A DNA stretch of 64,000 bases from Eledone cirrhosa (GCA_964016885.1 OZ024743.1:276644001-276708000); one strand, 5' to 3'. Counted from the stretch's first letter, positions 12,693 through 27,141 are shown. The notes: a model not told the origin generated them from the letters alone. A program made the numbers and translations.

Positions 12693-12906
12693 GTTTTTTT
12701 TGGTTTAAAATAAATATTGGGCACAAAACCCCAATAAGTGGTTATTTAACCCCGAAGGGCCAAATAACGGGCAGAAAGACCCCTCTCACGAGGAGAGGGG
12801 TGTTTTTGTCTACAATTTGGTTAAAGTTTTAAACAATTTACAATTGTTATAGCGGTCAAAATTTACAATACCTTACAGAGCCGAGCCTCCGTCAACCATG
12901 GCATTC

Positions 12907-13126
12907 AATAATAATAATAATAATGGTTTCTTATATAGGCACAAGGCCAGCAATGTTGGGGGGAAGGAAAGGTCGATTAAATCGACTCCAATGTGTGACT
13001 TGTACATTATTTTATCGACCCTGTAAGGATGAAAGGCAAAGTTAACCTCGGCGAGATTTGAACTGAGATTATAAAGGGACGTAACTCTATGTTTCAAAGC
13101 ATGGCATCCGACCCTCTACCGATACT
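12907..13126 (-). mobile_element. Family-1 SINE whose (ATT)n tail abuts the 5' end of LINE copy A
   Basis: (AAT)n GGTTTCTTATATAGGCACAAGG followed by SINE core. Confidence 0.8.
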
Positions 13127-13129
13127 GGT

Positions 13130-13350
13130 TGTTTATGGAAGTGCAACAGTCGCCCATGCATACCAGTCTCCCCTCTCCACGCCATCAATGTTATCCAAGG
13201 GAAGGGCAATGGCACTAGTGAAATCGTAACTCATTTCTACAACTAAGTAATCTGGAGCAACGGGAAATAAAGTGTCTTGCTCAAGGACATAACGCATCAC
13301 CCAATCTGTGAATCAAACACACATCCTCATGATTGTAAGCCAACGTTTTA
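13130..13350 (-). mobile_element. Family-2 CORE-like SINE
   Basis: AATAAAGTGTCTTGCTCAAGGACATAACGC, the reverse complement of the CORE motif. Confidence 0.7.
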
Positions 13351-13615
13351 ACACACATGCACGCACACAACACCCACCCACACCACACCCACCCACCCAC
13401 CCACTCATCCACACCACACCCACACCCACCCACCCACACACCCACATACGCACACACACTCACACACACGCATATATTTATACATATATATATATATCGG
13501 GGTCTTGACCCTTTTCATATTACCCAACTCTACTACCCTGAGTATTGGGTATTCTGATGCGTTATGGTCCACCTGGTATGTTACCACACCCTCTTTGTTA
13601 TATATATATATACAG

Positions 13616-13648
<33 letters not shown>

Positions 13649-13698
13649 CCGTCGAAACGGCTTGAGATCTGCCGTCTAGGTCTTGAACATTTTCCTAC

Positions 13699-13804
<106 letters not shown>

Positions 13805-14096
13805 GAACCACACTGGCATATGGTCGGACTATACTTGTATACCTGTGTGTATTAATTACATGTAGGAACACATACTTTTATTATTATTCTCCCCAATGGT
13901 AGAGAAACCTTTGGTCGTCTGAATGGCTGCTATTTTTAGCAGTACAGGATTGACCTCTCCACCGTGCTTTTGCCTTTGCACACGGTAAATAACAAAACTG
14001 CTTTATCATTCATTTGCTCTCATTCTGAGGCAGTTTTGAATGGCGCCAGTTTGTAATTTTTAACTCGTGAATTTTATATTCTCCGAGAGAGAAATA

Positions 14097-14175
14097 CCTT
14101 CTGACGATAATCTCTTTCTCAATGAAAATCCACTTGGATTATCTATTCGTTTGGGATTTGAAACCACGGTAAGGG
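14097..14175 (+). ncRNA. Hammerhead motif with extended helix II
   Basis: CCTT-CTGACGA-T-AATCTC..GGGATT-T-GAA-ACCACGGT-A^AGGG. Confidence 0.6.
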
Positions 14176-14246
14176 CACATATATTAAGTACAGTGAATTT
14201 ATAAAAATTTATTCTAAGATTTTTTCTATATTTTTGCATTCCCTTG

Positions 14247-15329
<1,083 letters not shown>

Positions 15330-15573
15330 TGTGTCACAACTGTTAACCATTAACTTTACGCTAAACACAGCAAGCATTATTTTTTAGTCATGGTACACAA
15401 CCAAGTATATTCATATGTTCGAAACATACTTGAATATAAGTGACCTTTTTTTTACTTCCATATTGTGTTTGGCATGAAGAAAATATTTAACATTTGTCAA
15501 ACCACCACCAATATGCAAATTCACTTGCCCTCAAATCATCCTAGTATTATTATTATTATTATATATAATATAT

Positions 15574-15648
<75 letters not shown>

Positions 15649-15733
15649 ATGTGTGTGTGTGTGTGCGCGCACACGTATGCATACACACACTGTATGTATG
15701 CATACGTACGCACATACATAAACAGACACACAC

Positions 15734-15820
<87 letters not shown>

Positions 15821-15822
<2 letters not shown>

Positions 15823-15965
15823 TTAAACAGAAATAAGAATACAATCGGTACAGTATATGGAAAGAATATATTAGATTAACGCTTGAAATAGCAGGAATAA
15901 GGTCTTAACGTTTCGGACGCTAGTCCGTCATCAGACGAAAGATGAGAAATTAGAAAAATTGAAGG
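15821..15965 (-). mobile_element. Penelope-type LTR end with hammerhead core (related to 5369-5450 and 52200-52340)
   Basis: Minus strand CTGATGA-C-GGAC/GTCC-GAAACGTT at 15907-15934; stem I poor. Confidence 0.55.
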
Positions 15966-16002
15966 ACCGGGCGGGGCGCAATCGGAAAAATGTTTTTAGA
16001 AA

Positions 16003-16036
<34 letters not shown>

Positions 16037-16102
16037 TGTATATATATACACACATATACATATATACATATACATATGTACGTATGGGTTATATCGAATA
16101 TT

Positions 16103-18098
16103 AATAATTGTTTCTACTTTCGGCACAAGGCAAGCAAATACCCAGTGCATTACTGGTACTTTATTTTATCGACCCCGTAAGGATGAATTTGAACTCAGAC
16201 CGTAAAGGGACGTAACTATGCTAGAAAGCATGGCGTCCGACTCTCTACCGATACTGCCAATTCACCGCCCTCGAATATTAATAATAATATTTGATTGGTT
16301 TGTAATCAAAAGGCCCGATTAAAGCTGTGCCGTGCCGATGACAAATCGTCATCTGTTTGTTCAACACTGGCATTAAGGAACAATCAATATTTTTCTGGGT
16401 CATTACCCTTCATCAGGACTGTATACCTCAGCCATTCTGTTGAACGGTTGAAAATAAATAGTATTTTCTTAAGTACACAACGGCTGAGTAGCCTCATTTG
16501 CATACCGAGCGAGTTACCGCTGACAGTGCTGAAAACTAAAAATAAAATTTCTATTGGCGGGATTTGAATTGAAAGCGTAAAGAGGCAGAAGAAATATTGC
16601 GAAGCATTTGTTCAATGCTCCACCTACTCTGCCAATCCGCTGTCCTCGTTGCCCAAGATAATAATTGTTTCTATTTTTGGCACAAGGCCATCAATTAATC
16701 CCAGTGCATTACTGGTGCTTTATTTTATCAACCCCGTTAGGATGAAAGGCAAAGTTAACCTCGGCGGGATTTGAACTCAGACCGTAAAGGGCCTTAACTC
16801 TATGCTGCAAAGAATGGCGTCTGACCATCTACCGATACTGCCAATTCAATGATTTCTAATATAGGCGCTCGTTCAGCAATTTGTGGCGAGGGTGAAGTCG
16901 ATTATATCTAACCCAGTAGTTTAATGTTATTTTACTTTATCAACTCGCGGAAGGATGAAAAGCAAATTTGGTCTCGGCAGGATCTGAATTCTGATCACAA
17001 GGGACGTAACTAGACGACTTCAAGCACTTAATCCGACTCTCTAATGATTCTGCCAATCCACCACCCTATTACTACTACTCGCAACTGAGTATAATTTGGT
17101 AGTATGTGCTACGCTTTTGCTAAAGGTTTTAGGTGCCCATGGAGACGCGAGCAGACACGGATACCCTCTTGGCCCCTCTTTCCCTTGATCTTGTGAAATA
17201 TTCCTTATGTAAGAGCTAGAAGAAGAGAGCGCTGCACCACCACTGGGCTTGGTACTTTCTTTATCTACCCTGAATGGGATAAAATAACGAAATAGATCTC
17301 GATGGAATTTGAAATCAGAATGCAGAGACCCAGAACAAATGTCAAACGCTCTAACGACTCTGAAACTGATAATCTTATTGGACCACTCTACAATCCCATA
17401 TAATAATGATTTAGGTAGAACGCCAACAGAGAGATGAAAGTCGATTAAATCGACCCAGTACGTTACTGGTACTTTATTTTATTACCCCGTAAAGATGAAA
17501 GGCAAAATTAACATCGGCGGGATTTGATCTCAGAACGTAAAGTGATGTATCTATATATCACAAAAGATGTTGCGTGATGCTCTACCGATACTACCAATCC
17601 ACCGCCCACCACAATCCAAGATAATAATGATTTCTAGTACAGACACAAGGCCAGTAATTTTTTGGGGGGTGGGTGGGGGGTGGGGTGGGGGTGGGGGTGG
17701 GGGGGGTGGGGGATAGATTACACCGACTCCAGTATGTGACTGGTACTGTATTTTATCGACCGCGGAAGGATGAAAGGTAAAATTGGCTGTGGCAGGATTT
17801 AAATTGAGACTGTATTGAGTCGGAGTAAATGGCGCAATTCATTTTACGACGCGTTAACGATTTTGCCAAGCCTTAGAATCCAACATAATAAGAGTTTCTA
17901 ATAAAGACACAAGGCCAGAAATATTGGTGGGCGAGGGAAAGGAGAAATATATGGACTCCAGTGCTTGACTGGTACATTATTTTATCAAATCCGGAAGGAT
18001 GAACCTAGGCGGGATTTGAAGTCAGATCATATCAAACTGGAATAAATGCCGCAAGACATATTAGTCAAATCTTTAACGAATCTGCCAATCCACTGCCC
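16103..18098 (-). mobile_element. Cluster of ~8 co-oriented family-1 SINEs, interrupted by an LTR-like remnant at 16290-16530
   Basis: Repeated core and tail; first copy flanked by a 15-bp TSD TCGAATATTAATAAT (16094-16108 and 16271-16285). Confidence 0.8.
16380..16422 (-). ncRNA. Minimal hammerhead motif
   Basis: ACAGTC-CTGATGA-A-GGGT/ACCC-A-GAAAAATATT^GATTGT; 6-bp stem I. Confidence 0.65.
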
Positions 18099-18143
18099 CT
18101 CCCTCCCCCAATCCAACATATTAACAATGGCTCATTGATACAA

Positions 18144-19560
18144 CTAGCAGAAAAACCACCATTCGGGTGGTTTTCTGCTAGCATGTATAGTGTGCATATT
18201 CATATTATACGCAAATATATATATATATACATGTAGATATGATACATGAAATAAAATCGTAATTGACAATATGCACAGAAATTGAACGAAGTCTATGTTA
18301 CACTCTCTTCTGGAATCAGTAAAGTAATCTATATATCTATATATATATATATTTTTATACGTTTCCACTTTTCTCTACCGAATTTGATGATTTTTTTCCC
18401 AATGTGCTCCAAATTTACCAAGGATGGTCAACGCGTAATAAAGTGTGCCAAAAATTTCTTGCTTCAATGAAAAAAATCAATAAACCTAAATACATGCAGT
18501 AACCCTCTCTCTTACACGCTTATTCACTCTCACTACTACTCTCAACAATCTATGAAACTACATACATGTTGCACCTCTCTTTAAAAGTTTCATCCCTCCC
18601 TCTACTCCACTCTCAATCTCCTTTGCAACTCTCTTTTAAGGTTCATCCCTCCCTCTACTCCCCCCCCCCCTCAATCTCCTCTGCAACTCTCTTTAAAAGG
18701 TTACTGCCTCCGTCTACTACCCTATCACCATTACAATTTAGAATAGTGACAAAACTTCTTTTCAAGGAACGCGACACAAACTTTGAAAACTAAGCAACAT
18801 ATCACTTTATACAACAACAAACAGCTTTACTCTCTCCGTCGCTCTTCCCTCTCTTTAAAATAGATGATTCCCCCTCTCTATAATTTAACTGCTTTACTCT
18901 CTTCATGCATCGAGGTTTAACACACCTTATGGTTTCTTAGCTTCACTCTCTCCGTCGCTCTTCCCTCTCTCTATAATAGATCATTCCCCCTCTTCGTTCA
19001 GGAACGCAAAATAAACTTTGATAACTAAGCAACACATCAATTTATACAACAACAAACATAGCCATAACGACGCTCATACATCAAATAACAAAACTTAAAA
19101 AGCCGATAACACTAAAATCATACTGCTCTCTCAACGTTACATTTTACACACTTACATTTTCTGCATCAAATAACAAATATTCAAAAACAACAGATGAATT
19201 TATAAAACAACAAACGTAATCATAACGACGCTTAAGCATTCATTTACTTGAATCTCAACAAAGACATTATATTTTAATGTCCTTTTTATAATTTTTTTTC
19301 TTTGTTTTTCGCAATATGAGACAAAAAAATGAGAAAACTTTTTTTCAGGAACCTCCGATTTCGATGATTTATTTTCCAGTGTGCTCCAAATATCGCCCCC
19401 TGTTTACGCTCTTTTGTGCTATAACTCAGACGGGCTTGGATTACAGGTTTGACCTACTATTTGACGTGCATTCTTCATACAACTTACTTAGTACTCACTT
19501 TCCACTTATTCACTGTTCAATTGAAATTTTTCGCTACTCCCCCTTGACACTCCTTCAGAG
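18144..19560 (-). mobile_element. Putative non-autonomous Helitron-like element with internal duplications
   Basis: Terminal palindrome at 18144-18181 shared with 4873; internal repeats 18758-18880 vs 18945-19060; right boundary uncertain. Confidence 0.4.
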
Positions 19561-20039
19561 TTACATCAGCAAATCAATCCTATCCAGAACCTTCGTCGGT
19601 CATCTATCCTTCCTCCCACATCAATTTGCAGCAACTGCATAACTTAACTAACTATCTAATTAGCAATGTCTGCCATGACACGCTGTGGATGGATTTCAGA
19701 TTTCAGATTTCAGGTTAAGTAGATTAATACGTTCGTTATTGCAGCGGTTTGCTCTAGTGGCAATGCACAACAAGGCAGAGATAATCTGATGATCAGTTAC
19801 AAATGCGTTTGCTGATTAAATAAGATTGAAATAACGTTTCCGATTGCTTGCTCAATGATACACGCTTTGATATCGCTAATCTTTTTAATTGTGACTTGAG
19901 GAATTAAGTAAATTACTGCAATATAAAGCTGCTTTGAACATCTTAGAAAGAACAGTAACAACAGATTTTGGTATTTGGTTATGAATTATCGGCAAGTTTA
20001 AGTCCAGTGTAGCAGCAGCAAGGTCTGTTGGCTAACGAT

Positions 20040-20430
20040 ATGTGGTGGTGGTTCTATTGTTAGTGTTGGTGTTGTTAGTGGTTATTGTAGGTACTGGTGT
20101 TGGTGGTGGTGGTGTTAGTGGTGTTTGTAGTAATGGTGAGGGTGATGGTGGGGTTAGTGGTGTGGTGGCGAAGGTGCTGGTGGTGATGGTGCTGGTAGCG
20201 ATGGTGCTTGGGGTGTTGTTGGTGATTGTGTTAGTGGTGTTGGTGATGGTGAGGGTGGTGGTGGGGTTAGTGGTGCTGGTGGCGAAGGTGCTGGTAGCGA
20301 TAGTGCTTAGTATGGTGTTGTTGGTGATGGTCATGGTGTTAGTGGTGGTGTTGGTGTTGTTGTTGATGTTGTTGGGGGTGTTGTTGGTGTTAGTGAGGGT
20401 GACGGTGTTGGTATTGGTGTTGGTGCTGGC
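20040..20430. repeat. Degenerate (GGT/GTT)n trinucleotide array
   Basis: Seen directly. Confidence 0.85.
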
Positions 20431-22111
20431 TCCAAGTTGTATAGAGCTGTCAATTTGTACCATCGCCCTAGTGGTTGATGTTGAGCTTTGACCTCTTGTT
20501 CGAACAAAAGAACAATCTGCTCGTGGAATTAATATGCAGGTGCCTGAGCATTCCAGAAAAACGTGAACTGTTAACCTAGTTGTCACACTCTGTGACAAGG
20601 CCGGTCCTTTGAATTACAGGTACAGACCATCTGATGGGCTTCCAAACAGTTACCGTATACCCATTTCCCACTCATAATGATTGGGTCAACTTGGCGCTAT
20701 GGTAAATGACACTTGCCAAAGGCGCCCCACAATAGAAACAAACCTGGGACATAATGATTGCTAAGCAAACTCCTTAACTATTGGGCCATGCTTCGTCCAT
20801 ATTAATAAATATATACATATCGAATAGATATTATAAAGTTGAAATCTCACAACTCCTCTATTGTCTACAACATCCTAAGGTGTCACGACATCCCAGTTAG
20901 AAAACCCTGGCGTAATGTGTGTGCCTGTATGTATGTATGTAACATGTAACCCAGTACAACCTGTTGCATTGTCGGTCGTCGGCGACTAAACCGGCAACCT
21001 CACCAAGTTTACTTGGTGAGGAGGGTGATTTTGGACACCCTGCGAGACAAAAAACAAAACCTGACAAAGGGCGGAAGAACTCATAAGGGTCAACGGCCAT
21101 CCAAAAGTGTGTACATATGTATATACACATGTACATATGTATGTATATGTATATGTGTATATACATGGGTACATGTGTATGTATATGCGCGGGGACATAG
21201 AAATATTCGGGCTGGACACCCGATCACGTGGTTAAACCACTGGGAGTTAAGGATCCCTAGCCTTTCTCAGAGCATTCTTCTAGGAGAAGGCAACTCAGGA
21301 AACTGGGATAACTCCGATATAAAACCTGCGGCTCAGTAGTTACCGATGATGTTGATCTTTTCTTCTTTTCGGGTTATAGCTACTGTCGCTCAGAGAGTGG
21401 GATTGGCTCAGTGCACAGTCTTTCCTCACTTTAAAAAATATCTTCACGCACAGGCATTGCTCTATAGAATTAATTAATAATTATTAATAATGGTATATCG
21501 TGCAATGGCCATACTCGATAACGAGGGGGCAGCCATCATGTATGTATGTATGTATGTATGTTTTTCGCATAAAGGGTAGTTGCAAAACTTTTGGGGAATG
21601 TCGTCTAGAACGTAAACAACTGAAGCGTCAGCTCCGGAATGGTTACGCTCACAGTCTTGATGAAGTCATCAGTAGTTGGACATGGAAATTCTATCAGCGT
21701 GTACTTCTCTCAAAAGATGGTTATGTTAATCACATAAAGCCACATGAAAGAATAATCCCTCATAACATCACTCAACAAAGACCTGGCGGAACAACGTGCG
21801 TGATATGCAACAAAGTGTAGAACTAGTTCCGGACTAAAAAACACATGGTGGTACATAAAGATTATGTCCCACAGGGTGACCTCACCAGTCCTGTGGAAAG
21901 TACAACTATGTCGTAAATCATGCAGATCTACAACTGGTCTACAAAGTCATCTGCAGATGAAGAATGAATAAGAGACGGCAATCGTCTGAGAAGACGCTGC
22001 AATCCTCATGTCCGCATGTATGTTCTGTATATATTTAAAACATTTTCTCCCTAATCAGGGGAGTGCTGGTTTCTAAGACCGAAATAGGGCTCTTTCATTG
22101 TAATTTAGAGA

Positions 22112-22391
22112 TCATCATCATCATGGTATTCATGCATGTATCGCTGTATGTGTGCAAGTATGGATGTCATTGCATATGTGGATCTGCATGTTTTGAATTA
22201 TATGTGCACATATACATATGGTTCTATAATTATACATGTGTGCATGCAGTTATGACATGCTAAATTTCTGGAATGTTATACTTATTTTTACAGTTCTATT
22301 AATGAACTGTACTTGTAATTGCCTAATTAGCCGTGCTCTACCCGGTTCTGTGAAGCCCAGCTTTGCGCTAAGGCTGTTAGTACGTACGTAC

Positions 22392-22422
<31 letters not shown>

Positions 22423-23900
22423 TGTATGTATGTATGTATGTATGTATGTATGTATGTATGTATGTATGTATGTATGTATGCATGTGTGTGTGTTCTTCTC
22501 ATTGGAATTTACACAACATCAACTAGGTAGATTATGTATGCATGTCTGCATGTGTAGATATGGATGTTATTGTATGTGTGGATGTGTATGTTTTGAGTTG
22601 TATGTGTGTATGTGTATATGCTTTGTATCTATACATGTATATATGCAGTCATTAGATGCAAAATGTTTGGAATGTTTTACATATTTTTATTGTTCCATTA
22701 ATGGATTGTACTTGTAATTTCCTAGCTAGTTGTGTTCTTTCTGTTCCTGGGAAGCCTAGCTTCTCAAGATTTGTATTGAGGCAGTTACTAACGTACACCA
22801 GTGCCCCAATAATTACAGGCATAAATCTGAAATATACCCCTGCAATATTTTATTTTATCAGTGTAAATAGAGTCCTCCCTCTCTGTCTTTAACCTTAGGA
22901 TAGTAACCCAAGAAGAAGACAGCCTCTCTATGGCTCTGACAATAATGTTTGGGACTTTAGAAAGTTGGAGGGCCTCTATCATCCAAGACTGGGGAACAGA
23001 ATCGAAAGCTTTCCTGTAGTCCAGCCAGACTGTAGCCATATTCCTCCTAAGTTGTCGCACCTCCGACATCGCAATTTAGTTTTGTTGATTAGAAGTTGTT
23101 CCGCACATCGCCAAACCCCTTTCTTTGCAGCTGTTTGTTCATCTGTGATGATGTTATCATTCTCACAGTGATCTTGGAGGAATAGGTTCAGGTAGGCTGT
23201 ATACATCTTATACATCAGGTTCTAGAATGCAATGGGTAGGTAGTTTTTTGCCAAGTGGGTGTCTTTGTTCTTGGAGACCAGTAACGTTTGTGCTATACCA
23301 TTCTGGTATAAGTGTATCTCCCTTAAGAACTTGTTGGTAAGATACCTCCGATAGAATATCAGTTTTTTGTACCAGTAGCCGACAATCATGTCTCTTCCTG
23401 GTGTTTTCTTATCTTGGAGTTTTACTCACTTATTTCGTATGTTTTTGTTGTAGTGTAGGAGCAATAGTTCTTTCAGATTTCTCTTAGCCACACTGCATCT
23501 TGGTTGAAATTCTTCTTTTCACCCCATATTTTTCTCCAAAAGGAATCTATGTCTTTCTGGGATGGGGCCTCAGTGACACTTATTATTTTGCCCTTCATAT
23601 CTCTAGAGACTGATGTTTGGTTTCGTCTGAATCTTTTATTAAGCATTTTTCTCTCCTATGCATTGTTACTTGTTGCATGGCGGTATCTATCGACGTCAAT
23701 AAAATTAAACAAGGTCTTTACTTTATCTTTATTTCTGAGATTAGATATTGCTCCAGGAATTTTATCTTACAAGCTCTTCACACATCCACAGATGATGCAT
23801 CATCTCCTGGATTACTGGGTGTTTCGAGTATTACAGCGTTAACCCTCATCCATGTAACACGACAGAAGTTGATCAAACCTGAATCAGTGTTCAAGTGGTA
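22112..23900 (-). mobile_element. R4/Dong-like LINE remnants: two adjacent 3' ends plus degraded RT
   Basis: WLDYRKAFDSVPQSW, GIFQ and EQLLINK motifs at 22800-23215; 22125-22380 and 22515-22790 are diverged copies encoding a LQVQ..GT.KI.K.F C-terminus. Confidence 0.7.
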
Positions 23901-24129
23901 TAGATTTTAGTGACCTCGTACTAAACAACTACTGTATATATCAGCGTACAAGGTGACGTTTTAACCTTAACCCCGCTCCCCACAAAAAATCATCTTATAC
24001 TCCAGGTATGAAATGTGAACCTTAAATCCTGTGGTTTATTATAAGTTGTTAGCATATGAGATTTTTGACAGTAAGCTAACCCCTGCCTTGGTAACTATCG
24101 AAATAAATATTTTCTACTGAAACAAGTTA

Positions 24130-24315
24130 TGGCAGTATCAGTAGAGTGTAGGACACCATGCTTTGCAACATTGACTTATAGCCCTTCACGTTCTGAGTTC
24201 AAATCCCGCCGAGGTTAACTTTGCCTTTCATCCTTACGGGGTCGATAAAATAAAGCACCAACAATGCATTGTGGTAATTGCTGGCCTTCTGCTAAAAGTA
24301 GAAACAATTATTATA
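24130..24315 (+). mobile_element. Family-1 SINE
   Basis: A and B boxes, core, ATT tail. Confidence 0.8.
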
Positions 24316-24789
24316 ATAAAATAATAAAAGTGTAGTGTAATAAATAATGTGTGGTATGATTGCTCGACAATAATAAAACGCATATTCGTCAAGAGAGAAA
24401 TCCCAAACCATCGTCACACACTGTAAACAACTGTTAGCCTTGGGTCGTTCAAAGCGATTAGCCAGACAGAGCGCTATGACAGAGCGTTCAAGAAAAAAGA
24501 TGTTTACGGTAATAATTCAAGGAATAGAATGGTAAATTCAATATATTAAACTACTTTTAAATGTTTTACCTGCAATTGTCAATAAAATATTAACCTCTAT
24601 ATACGTCATCAGTGTTTACGCTTACGGCAGCTGATCATGTTATCATTATTGGGTAATGCTTAGTGTACCGGGTAGATTATGGTAGTTAATTGATAATATC
24701 TTCCCACCGTTTTTAAAATTAGAATTTGAGTGAAAAGAAAGTACATGCTTACTGAATTTATTTAAATAATTCATTACAATACATTTTCA

Positions 24790-24900
24790 AATACGATTGG
24801 GGTCGTCTTATACGGTGAATATAGCTCAAAACCTAAATTTGATCTTGAACATTTGGGGTCGTCTTATACGCCCAGTCGCCTTGTACGCCAGCATATACGT
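24790..24900 (+). mobile_element. Probable pogo/Tc1-type DNA transposon end
   Basis: Repeated GGGGTCGTCTTATACG subterminal motif ending in ATATACG. Confidence 0.4.
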
Positions 24901-25373
24901 TGCGAACAGCAACAAGAACGACAACAACAGCAACAATACCAACAACAGAAGCAGCACAATAGCAAAACAACAATAGCTGCATCAGCAGCAACAACAGCAA
25001 CAATAACAACAACAACAACGACTTTTCCGTTCAGTTTAAACAATGCTTTATATTTACCCATATATGTACATATATTTTTGGAAGTTTCCTGTCCTTTGTT
25101 AAAGATATTTATTTATTGATTTTCATTTTGGAAATTTAATTAATAAGCGAGAATTATAATGAGGTCTCACGTGGAATATTTTACTTGCATAATAATTCCT
25201 AGTGAATGTTGTGTTTCATTTTTATTTCTATGAGAAAAAAAATTACGAGTCGTGGAATAAACAACATTCGAATGTCGTGGAATAAACAACATTTCTGAAG
25301 CTAAAATAACTGTCTCTCTCTCTCTCCCTGTCTCTCTCTCTCTGTCTCTGTCTGTCTGTCAGTCACACACACA

Positions 25374-25451
<78 letters not shown>

Positions 25452-25583
25452 ACCCGATCTTTCCGTAACCACTTGCTTTTGGGTTCAGTCATACTGTGTG
25501 GTACCTTCTACTATAACCTTCGGTGGGTTGACCAATGCTTTATGAATGAAATTTTGTAGACGATAATTGTGCGGAAGCCCGTC

Positions 25584-25625
<42 letters not shown>

Positions 25626-25659
25626 AGATTTGAATGGATACAGTTTAGTTGAAAGGAAT

Positions 25660-25779
25660 TTATTGACACGTGTTTCTATAACAGTTACATAACCTAAAAC
25701 AGCTGCTATCTACAAACTTTTAGTTATGCAGACATTCAATATTTCAATGTTATTATTTACTGTCATTTCATCAGAATAA
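25660..25779 (-). ncRNA. Hammerhead ribozyme, long helix II form
   Basis: Reverse complement of 27022-27141; sense to the Penelope ORF. Confidence 0.75.
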
Positions 25780-26331
25780 TATTACTGAGGACCTATTTAG
25801 TTTTTATAGAGAATATTAGGAGGGAGGGGTGAAGTTGTTAGAAGAATAGTTGAAGGAGTGGTTTTTCGATAGCAGTGAGAATTCTTGGTGGCAGTGAGTA
25901 ATTAGATTCCCATCTGTTGTTTTGACATTTTTTATAGAATATATTATTGGTTATTTTTCTAAATCTATAGAAGGATTAGAGATAGTAAAGATATGCGTGG
26001 TTGGTTTTGTGTTTGCACTTAATTAACATTCAGACTTAAATTTTTCTTTCAAGTGTACGTATCCTTTCACCCACGCATTCACACACAAATATATTTGCAC
26101 ACCTCTACAAAATACATATACTCACAATTCACATATTCATACTTACATATATATACACATGCATACACATATATATACACACATGTATTCATGTACATAC
26201 ATACGCGCTCATGTGTATACATTTTCATACTCAACTTATCTTTATATACACACGTATAGACACACACATATATACATACATACTCTAGTCCATGTGTACA
26301 CACATACACATACATACACATCCATATACAC

Positions 26332-26470
<139 letters not shown>

Positions 26471-26737
26471 CACTTTAATACATGAATACACTTACATCTA
26501 ACTATACACATCAAACATATATATATATTTACTTATTTATATACATTTTCACATATATATACATACTTATGGACGTTTTTAGACACATTCATTATCGCAT
26601 ATTTGTACCTATTCTCATCAGCATATCTTTCCATTATTAGTGTGGTAATTTAAGGTTATTAATATATGTTGAGAAGAGATTGTTTTTATATTTTTCTAAC
26701 TAGATTAAGGTTTATATAGTTGGGGGATGTCCCTCTT

Positions 26738-26989
26738 TTATGTAATATTCGGCTTGTAGTGGGAAAAAAGGGTTTTAGTTCTGTGACGGCAGAATAATGT
26801 TCGTTCAATTCTGTTATTCAGCAGTTTCTTCTTGTGTGTGATTATGTAATAAATCTCAAGATTACACAATTTGCAGAAATTTTGGCTCCTGGAAAAGCTT
26901 TGGGTTTTAGCTAATTTTTCCCATTTTAGGGTAAACTTTTGATCGCTATCTCTGAGCGTCCAAGCTTTTTCTGCTAAAGTTGTTACATT
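26738..26989 (-). pseudogene. Penelope GIY-YIG C-terminal fragment (not in the ORF track)
   Basis: Manual translation: TTLAEKAWTLRDSDQKFTLKWEKL..FCKLCNLEIYYII..LLNNRIERTLFCRHRTK..stop. Confidence 0.75.
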
Positions 26990-27021
26990 CTCTATAAAAA
27001 CTAAATAGGTCCTCAGTAATA

Positions 27022-27141
27022 TTATTCTGATGAAATGACAGTAAATAATAACATTGAAATATTGAATGTCTGCATAACTAAAAGTTTGTAGATAGCAGCT
27101 GTTTTAGGTTATGTAACTGTTATAGAAACACGTGTCAATAA
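27022..27141 (+). ncRNA. Hammerhead ribozyme, long helix II form
   Basis: TTATT-CTGATGA-A-ATGACAGT..ACTGTTAT-A-GAA-ACACGTGT-C^AATAA. Confidence 0.75.

Larger units (their letters stand above)
7281..12906 (-). mobile_element. Tx1/L1-clade non-LTR retrotransposon, copy A (full-length ends, defective)
   Basis: ORF1 with CFRCGPKTHLRAFC knuckle; ORF2 APE (SINARGL, SETR), RT (LDQSKAFDR, VRQGCPLS, YADK) and C-terminal CPRC..H..C; AAT repeats on both sides. Confidence 0.92.

Noticed and set aside
19780-19845. CTGATGA cores here and at ~21670, ~24610, ~30180 and ~51546
   Set aside because: No correctly placed GAAA, stem III and stem I
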